From Flaccisagitta enflata (Eukaryota): 64,000 nucleotides of DNA. The stretch is taken from contig OZ231126.1 in assembly GCA_965153355.1 (NCBI GenBank), forward strand, positions 36,146,001-36,210,000. The letters run 5' to 3'. Positions 56,005 through 64,000 of the stretch are shown here, piece by piece. The stretch's first letter is position 1. The number at the start of each line of letters is the position of its first letter. The notes below the pieces were generated by a model, which had not been told where the DNA came from, ran no database searches, and saw nothing but the letters and a program-made list of their open reading frames with translations. The translations under genes were made by a program, and so were the position numbers.

Positions 56005-56186
56005 TTTTTGGTCGCGTGCACGCGACTCAACAACCCGCTCTCTCCGTCTATTAGTCCGTCCGTCCATCTGTTCGTCCGTCCGTCCGTCCGTCCGTCCATC
56101 CATCCGTCCGTCCGTCACGCTTAGCTTTTTTTCGCCGCCCCTGCACACCCGCACGCGACTAAGGTAGCCGAGTTACCGGCCTTGTT
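56005..56186 (+). mobile_element. Family A element
   Basis: tttttggtcgcgtgcacgcgactc...(GTCC)n...cgcacgcgact...ccggccttgtt. Confidence 0.8.
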
Positions 56187-56437
56187 TTTTTCATATTTCT
56201 CATTCAAAAGATAATTGTTCTTGTTTGCGTTGCTATAAATGGTTCTGAATCTGTTCTAAGAAATAGTCGAACTTTATAAATGACCGATAAGATTTCGCTT
56301 GTTGGTTAAACAAGAAAAAGATAGTCCAACTGAAAGATGAATTACCCAAGTGCCATCCAGCCGGCCGCCGGCCAACAAAGAAAGAAAGAAAGAAAGAAAG
56401 AGAGAAAGAAGGAAAGATATAAAAAAGGAGGAAAGAA

Positions 56438-56982
56438 CAATGAATGAATGAATGAATGAATGAATGAATGAATGAATGAATGAATGAATGAATGAATGAA
56501 TGAACAAACGAATGAATAAATGAATGAAGGGTTGTGTGAATAAATGGATGAGGGACTGAACAGAATGACAAAAATGAACTAAATGGCAATAAACGGCAAT
56601 TAATGATCGGTTGACCGAATGAACAGAATGATTGAATAAATGAATGAATGAATGAATGCATGAATGAATGAAGGAATGAAGGAATAAATGAATGAATGAA
56701 TGAATGATTAACGGTTGAATCAATGAATGGTTGAGAGAATGAATGTATGAATGAATGAATGAATGAATGAATGAATGAATGAATGAATGAATGAATGAAT
56801 GAATGAATGAATGAATGAATGAATGAACAAGTAAATGGCAATCAACGTATAGTAATAAAGAATGAGGAGTATTTTTATAATGAATGAATGAATGAATGAA
56901 TGACGAATGAATGAATGAATGAATAATGAATGAATGATTTAATGAAGGAATAGGCTGAATGAATGAATGAATGAAAGAATGA
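56438..56982. repeat. (GAAT)n compound tract
   Basis: Directly visible. Confidence 0.95.
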
Positions 56983-57011
56983 GCACATGCACCGGAACGG
57001 GGCATGCACTG

Positions 57012-57021
57012 NNNNNNNNNN
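57012..57021. other. Assembly gap (10 N)
   Basis: Run of N following a (GAAT)n tract. Confidence 0.99.
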
Positions 57022-57330
57022 AAGTCAGTGAATTTAGAACGCGAATTTTTTCCTTCAAGTTTGACCAGTATTTGGCTTTTTTGATGCCTTGTCTTGGAAG
57101 TTGAATAGTTTTATAAAATCACCGTGATCAAAGCCAAACAAAAAAGTTCGAGTTCTAGACCCACTGGAAAATGTCTTTAAAAAAACCCACATCCAACAAA
57201 CAGTCTCATCTTCCCACGAGTTACGTACATCTGAGCTTACAGTCAAAGATTTTTTTTCTTTCCGTCATCCATCAATGAAATCCTTGTTATTGCGCTGGCT
57301 CGCCGCCTCCGCGCCTCTTTCCTCTCACCT

Positions 57331-58406
57331 CTAATAATCTCGATCTCTTCCTCTTCCTCTTCCGCCGCCTCCTCTGCCGCCTCCTCTTTCCGATCTTTCC
57401 TCGCCATAATCGAGCACGACGTCTCGACCTCCGATGGCGGTGCCACTCATGGAGTTGAAGGCGTTCATGGCGTCGTCGGGCGTCTCAAACTCCACGTAGC
57501 CGAAACCTTTGATTCTGCCATCGAATCTGAGCGGAAGTCGGGCCTGTTTGGCGCCGAACGCGGATCTCAGCGAATCCTCGTCGATGGAAAAAGGCAAATT
57601 GCCCACGAAAAGGGTTCTGGTGACCCCTTCCAAATCCTTTCGCGTCACGTAGCTGTTGCCACCACCTCGGCCTCGACCACCTCCGCGACCACCACGGCTG
57701 CCGGAGCGGGACCGATCGGCGCTACCAAAGCCACCACCACCGCCGCCTCCTCTTCCTCTTCCTCCTCCTCCTCCCGCTCCATCTCTCTCCTCGTTGTAAT
57801 CGAGAATGAGATCGCGGCCTTTGACGCTGGTGCCATTCATGTTATTGAATGCATCAGATGCCTCATCGGGAGTGTTGAATTCCATGTAACCTGTACATGA
57901 ATTTTAAAAATATGATTTAACGAAGTCAAAAGAAATAATGAAATGGAATGTTACCATCATAAACCCCTGTCACATACCAGTGACAATCTATCATCAGCAA
58001 TGTCTCTGCGCATTCTCTCTCCTACAAGAAAACATCAGAGTAGGTCAGCATATGGGCCCTCTGGATCGTTCAGCTGACCGACCGGCCAACCGACTGACAG
58101 AACCTCTGTCAGACATGCCTGGATGATGCACATCGCACTTTCAAGTAAGGGTTTGGTAAGTTAACACCAATATTCACTCAGTAAGATTTCTTCGCACTCA
58201 CCGAAGCCCTTGAGTCTACCATCTTCCCAGACCGGGAGTCGGGCGGATTGGCAGCCGAAAGCGGAAATCAGTTCTTCCTCTTCGATGGTCCACGGCAAGT
58301 TCTTGACAAAGAGAGTTCTGGTGATCCCTTCCAAATCCAATCTGGGTTCGCGATCGTAACCACCGCGACCACGCCCACGTCCACGTCCGCGTCCACGATC
58401 ACCCAT
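57331..58406 (-). CDS. Two-RRM, RGG-rich RNA-binding protein, copy 3; exons 58202-58406 and 57331-57890, 254 aa
   Basis: Protein identical to copy 2; one synonymous CGT/CGG difference seen. May be a redundant haplotype rather than a separate locus. Confidence 0.88.
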
Positions 58407-60049
58407 TTTTGTGGTTGGTTTGTATGAGCTGAAGACGCTTCGTGCGAATGTCGATCTCTGCAAAGGCAAAGAGGCTGTTTAGAATTGGGCCGGATTCATG
58501 ACAGGCAGAGACGCTTCAAAGGTGATTTGGGGCATTTAAGGCGATTTAACTAATGTCCAATATGTACGTTTTACAGATGTAGGAACCCACCAATCGATGA
58601 GCAAACTGACCAAGAGTAAGAGTGGGAAATGAGTCGGTTGGTAGACTCAAGTATCCTGTGGCACTAACCTTTTGATCAGGAAGATCCTTTTAGGTTGAAA
58701 TGTTCTGAACGCCGGGCTTCAATGTTTTGATCTCAATCTGAATTTTCTTTATAAGTTTTCTCGATAAGTTTTTCTTTTTTCTTTTTTTTTTTCTCAAATA
58801 AACTGCGAGTATCTGTAATTAGAATAATTCTCCGATATAGTAATTCGGTAAAATTACATGGAACATAGCATGGTCAAGTAATTGTGCAGGTGAAAACAAA
58901 ATTTGACATATATACGTTAGAAATTCACGCTAATTTTCTAGAAAAATAACGAAGATAAACTTAACTCAGTGCATAACATTGATATCAATGAAAAATTGCC
59001 GCTATCTCGGGACGCAAATTCTTGAATTTTGTTTCATTTTCTGCTAAAATTTCATCTATAATTATGATTTTATGAGATTTATATCATCAATCTCCTTCCT
59101 AACAATAATGCATTGCAATGATTTCATAACAACCGTATCAGCAAGTCGAATATTGTCAACATTTACACAATGACTTAATACTAATCAGTAACAACGCACA
59201 GGTACATTCAAAACACAATGAGACGATATCAAAGGTTTTCATCAAAAATGAATTCAACGGCAATAGGAAAAAATATAAGCTAGTATAAAAAAAACAGGTT
59301 CTAGCTATAACTATGAAAGTGAAAAGGGGCACTTGAATAATGAGTTTTCGCTAAAGACCTACAAGCTCAATATTGAGATATCAACGTTATCAAACCCTAT
59401 ATGGGGAAAATGTAAATGTACAGTCAAAAGGGCATGTCTGTTTTTCAAAGCATCTAGCCGGATGAAAATCGGCGACTTGTTCCAAAAATCAAAAATGTAA
59501 AATCAAAAATATTGTGCATGAAAGTTCAATACGTGAATTTTAAATCAGACTCGCTTGAAAGAGACACACAATAAACAAGGCCGGATACACGGCTACCCTA
59601 GTCGCGTGCGGGTGGGCAGGGGCTGTATTTGAGTCACTTGATCATTAGAAGCACTTGGGCAGGAGCAGTGAGGCCAAAGACCTAAAAAACCCCAAAAAAG
59701 TCAAGTGTGACAGACAGACCGAGGGACGGACCGAGGGACGGACCGACAAAGCAGAGTGTGGAGTCGCGTAGCACGCGACATTTGGAAGAAAGGCTGTAAA
59801 GCCATTGCCCCACGCTGGTAAAGATGAACAAAATTGAAAACGTTCCTACTAACTTGGTTAGGAAAATGAAGCATGATGTAAATCAAATTCAACGATGCAA
59901 ACATACTGACCAGTGACCACCAATGAGTTACAGAGTTCTGTGCACACAACAAAATTGTAAAAGTAATTTGTTGTAAAAGGTCTTGGAAGTGCGGCCTACT
60001 ACTCAATGGTCATTTTAAAATAATTCATAAACTTGTTGGTTCTTTACGT

Positions 60050-63000
60050 CCTAATCCACTGACACTAACCACTTCTCTTTACCACTCAACTTTTCCATCA
60101 AAAGAACATTTTTTCTGCCTACTCAACACTCATTCCCACCTGTTCTACCAACTCTATCATTTTACCACTTTCTCATCTCTCATTTCCACTTTATCCACTA
60201 ACACCTTTAACTCCATCTTGATTGTTACCATCTTGATTGTTACTTCCACCTACCCACACTAGCACCTCTTTACGACTACTCGTTAACTCAACAATTTTAC
60301 CATTATCTCAACTCTTGTTCTTCAATCTTCATACTCCACCAACTCTGTAACCCACACATACTGACCTATTCCACCATCTCAGCATTTACACCAGCACCTC
60401 AAGTCCTCAACACTTATCAACACTAAGTCTATCCTCCCACCAACTCATTGTACGTCTACAACCATCTTTTTACTTTTCAGTCTCCTACATGGTATCAACA
60501 CCTACAGCACAATCACCACACCTGTTGGCACCTTTCCTATAAACTCAGTTTTTTTACCACAATCCTTATGCTCTTAGCCTTTTATTCCACTAGCAAAACC
60601 TTCTTATCATCGTCTCAACACATATTTCCACCAACTTAACTGTTTGACTACAATCGTATTCCAGCACTCCGCCGACATACCAAATTCATCACCATCTTAC
60701 CACTTGTTTCCATCTACTCCACTAACTTAACTCTTGTACCACCATCCAAACACTTTTTTCCACTTACTACATCAAATCAACTCATTTGTCACTGCTCATC
60801 TACTTCAACATCTACACCAACTTCTCAGGATTTATGTTCTCCTTCTCCAAAAACTAAACACTCACACTACCATTTAACACTTTTTGCAACCTACTTCATC
60901 AACTGTTTCACCAAACTGTTTTTCCAGGCTCCTCACTATCATCTCGACACTTATCACTTGTACCACCAACCTGACACTTCAGTGCACCAACCTCACCAAC
61001 TACACTTTTTCGCCACAGGCTTATTCCACTTCTCCACAATTCAACACTTTTATTATCAACTCATAACTTCCTTTCACCTACTCCACTTACTGAACTGTTT
61101 GACCACAAACTTTTTCTGCTTTAACACAAAGTCAATAATTTCAACACCATATCACATACTTCTCTCTATTCCATCAACTCAACTGCCTCACCACAATCCT
61201 CTCTACACTTAAACACATTTACCACTATCCCAACACTTACTCATACTAAACCAACTCAACTGTTTTACCACAATCTTTTTCCATTAACCACTAATTCAGC
61301 ACTTTCACCACCATATTACTTACCTCAACCTACCCCAACTCAACTATTTTGCCATAATTCCTTCAAAAACTCAACACTCACTTCCATATCTTAACTGTTT
61401 TGCCACAATCTCTTCCACAACTCAACACTTACACCACCATCTCAACACTTCCTACCACCTACTCCACCGACTCAACGGTTTTGCCATCGCAACACTTTCT
61501 TCCAGCCACTTAACCAACTCAACTGTTTTGCAACAATCTCTTCCACAACTCAACACTTTCACCACCAATTCAACACTTGCTTCCACCGACTCCACCAATT
61601 CAGCTGTTTGACCAAAATCTCCTCCACAACTCTAACACTTCACCACCATCTCAACACTTACTTCCACCTACTCCGCGTAATCAACTGTCTCGCCAAAATC
61701 TCCTCCCAAACTCAACACTTTCACCACCATCTCAACCTTCACTTCCATCTACTCCACCAATTCTACTTTTTAGCCACAATCTCCTCCACAACTCAACACT
61801 TTCACCACCATCTCAACACTTACTTCCACCTACTCCATCAACTCAACTGTTTTGCCAAAATCTCCTCCACAACTCAACACTTTCACCACCATCTCAACCT
61901 TCACTTCCATCTACTCCACCAATTCAACTTTTTAGCCAAAATCTCCTCCACAACTCAACACTTCACCACCATCTCAACACTTACTTCCACCTACTCCACG
62001 TAATCAACTGTCTCGCCACAATGGCCTCCACAACTCAACTGTTGCACCACCATCTCAACCTTTACTTCCACTTACTCCACCAACTCAATAGTTTCGCCAC
62101 AATCTCCTCAACATTTCAGTACTTACACCACCATGCCTTTACCATGCTCAACCACCATCTCAACACTTCCTACCACCTACTCCACCGACTCAACGGTTTT
62201 GCCATCGCAACACTTTCTTCCAGCCACTTAACCAACTCAACTGTTTTGCAACAATCTCTTCCACAACTCAACACTTTCACCACCATCCACAACTCAACAC
62301 TTTCACCACCATCTCAACCTTCACTTCCATCTACTCCACCAATTCAACTGTTTAGCCACAATCTCCTCCACAACTCAACATTGTCACCACCATCGCAACA
62401 CTTTCTTCCACCCAACGGTCTCAACCTTTACTTCCACTTACTTCACCAACTCAACTGTTTTGCCACAATCTCCTCCACAACTCAACACTTTCACCACCAT
62501 CTCAACCTTCACTTCTAGCCACAATATCCTCCAAAACTCAATATTTACACCACCATCTCAACACTTACTTCCACCTACTCAACAAACTCAACTGTTTTGC
62601 CACAATCTCCTCCATAACTCAACGCTAACACCACCATCTCAACTGTTTTGCCAAACTCTCCTCCGCAACTCAACGCTTTCACCACTATCTCAACGTTTAC
62701 TTCTACGTATCCCAGTATCGCAACTGTTTTGCCACAATCTTCTCCACAACTTAACATTTTCACAAACACCAATTCAGCTGTTTTGCCAAAATCCTCCACA
62801 ACTCAACATTTTCACCACCATTGCAACACTTACTTCCGCCTACTCCACCAACTCAATAGTTTCGCCACAATCTCCTCAACATTTCAGTACTTACACCACC
62901 ATCTCAACACTTACCTCCACCTACTCAACGAACTCAACTGTTTTGCCACAATCTCCTCCATAACTCAACGCTAACGCCATCATCTCAACTGTTTTGCCAC

Positions 63001-64000
63001 ACTCTCCTCTGCAACTCAACGCTTTCACCACCATATCAACGTTTACTTCTACGTATTTCAGTATCGCAACTGTTTTGCCACAATCTTCTCCACAACTTAA
63101 CATTTTCACAAACATCTCAAACTCACCACCATCTTAACACTTACTTCCATCTACTACACAACAAGGCCGGATACACGGCTACCCTAGTCGCGTGCGGGTG
63201 GGCAGGAGCAGTGCTGGAGAAGGTCACGAAAATATTTGGGCAGGAGCAGTAGGCTCAAATAGCTCAAAAACGCCGAAAAAGTAAAAAGGGGACCGACCGA
63301 CCGACCAACCGACCGACCGACCGACCGACCGACCGACCGACCGACCGACCGACCGACCGATGGACCGACATAGCGGGGTGTAGGGTCGCGTAGCACGCGA
63401 CTAAAAACTGTTTCAACAAAATCTTTTCCCACTTCCACTAGCTCGACATTTTCACTACTATCTCAATTGTTTCGCAAGAATCTCTTTCCATTGCTCCACT
63501 TATTCAACACTCTCACCATCATCTCGACACTTACTTCCAACTGTATTACCAACTCACCTGTTGCTCCAAAATCTTTCAGCACTGCTCAACAAATTCAACA
63601 CATTCATCATCATCTAAGCACTAACATCAACGTATACTACCAGCTTCTCACTCAGAACAACATGTAACATCTCAACACTAATTTCTATCTTCTGTACCAA
63701 TCTGTTTCCACATGTCCTTTATTAAACACTTTCCACATCGTCACAACACTTATATCCACCTATCCCACCATCTCCAACACTTGTACCAGCATGTCAACAC
63801 TTGTTCCACCATCTCAACACTTACCTCACCAACTCAATTGTTTCACCACATAATTTTTCCATTCCGTTACTAATTCAAGAATTTCACCATCTCAAAACTT
63901 ATCTCCATCTACTCTATCAACTGTTCAACCATACCACTACGCAATTGTTTTGCCACAATTTTTTTCCACTTAAGCAGGGCCAAGGTAACGCTTTGCTATC
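60050..64000. repeat. 81-bp satellite, copy 3
   Basis: Same unit; runs off the end of the window. Confidence 0.9.
63160..63407 (-). mobile_element. Family A element inserted in the satellite (noisier counterpart at 51598-51849)
   Basis: Complete termini and a long (GACC)n tract. Confidence 0.88.

Larger units (their letters stand above)
57022..64000. repeat. Duplicated block, copy 3 (partial)
   Basis: Begins at an N gap. Matches 45496-52444 with few differences outside the satellite core. Confidence 0.92.

Overview
This is eukaryotic DNA, most likely from an invertebrate animal. It is gene-poor, very rich in microsatellites and non-autonomous transposons, and has two 10-N scaffold gaps (35212-35221, 57012-57021). 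One ~17-kb block appears three times, with breakpoints at the gaps: copy 1 ~18590-35211, copy 2 from 35222 to ~53000, partial copy 3 57022-64000. Two protein-coding genes on the minus strand are supported by mostly synonymous differences between copies. One is a 2-exon RGG-RRM-RGG-RRM-RGG nucleolin/Nsr1-like RNA-binding protein (3 copies). The other is an intronless 144-148 aa protein I cannot assign to a family, with an (HSHG)n tract and paired Cys-Cys motifs (2 copies), a candidate metal-binding protein. A third short minus-strand ORF/exon (55197-55548) is tentative. The rest is (i) many DINE-1/Helentron-like elements of two main families, (ii) at least eight TA-flanked inverted-repeat elements, three sharing a paired internal motif and one carrying a decayed Tc1/mariner transposase fragment, (iii) an 81-bp strand-asymmetric satellite, and (iv) minisatellites and simple repeats. 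Comparing copies exposes empty insertion sites, which fixes element ends and target sites. Most ORFs in the supplied track are repeat artefacts. I found no rRNA, tRNA or CRISPR features.
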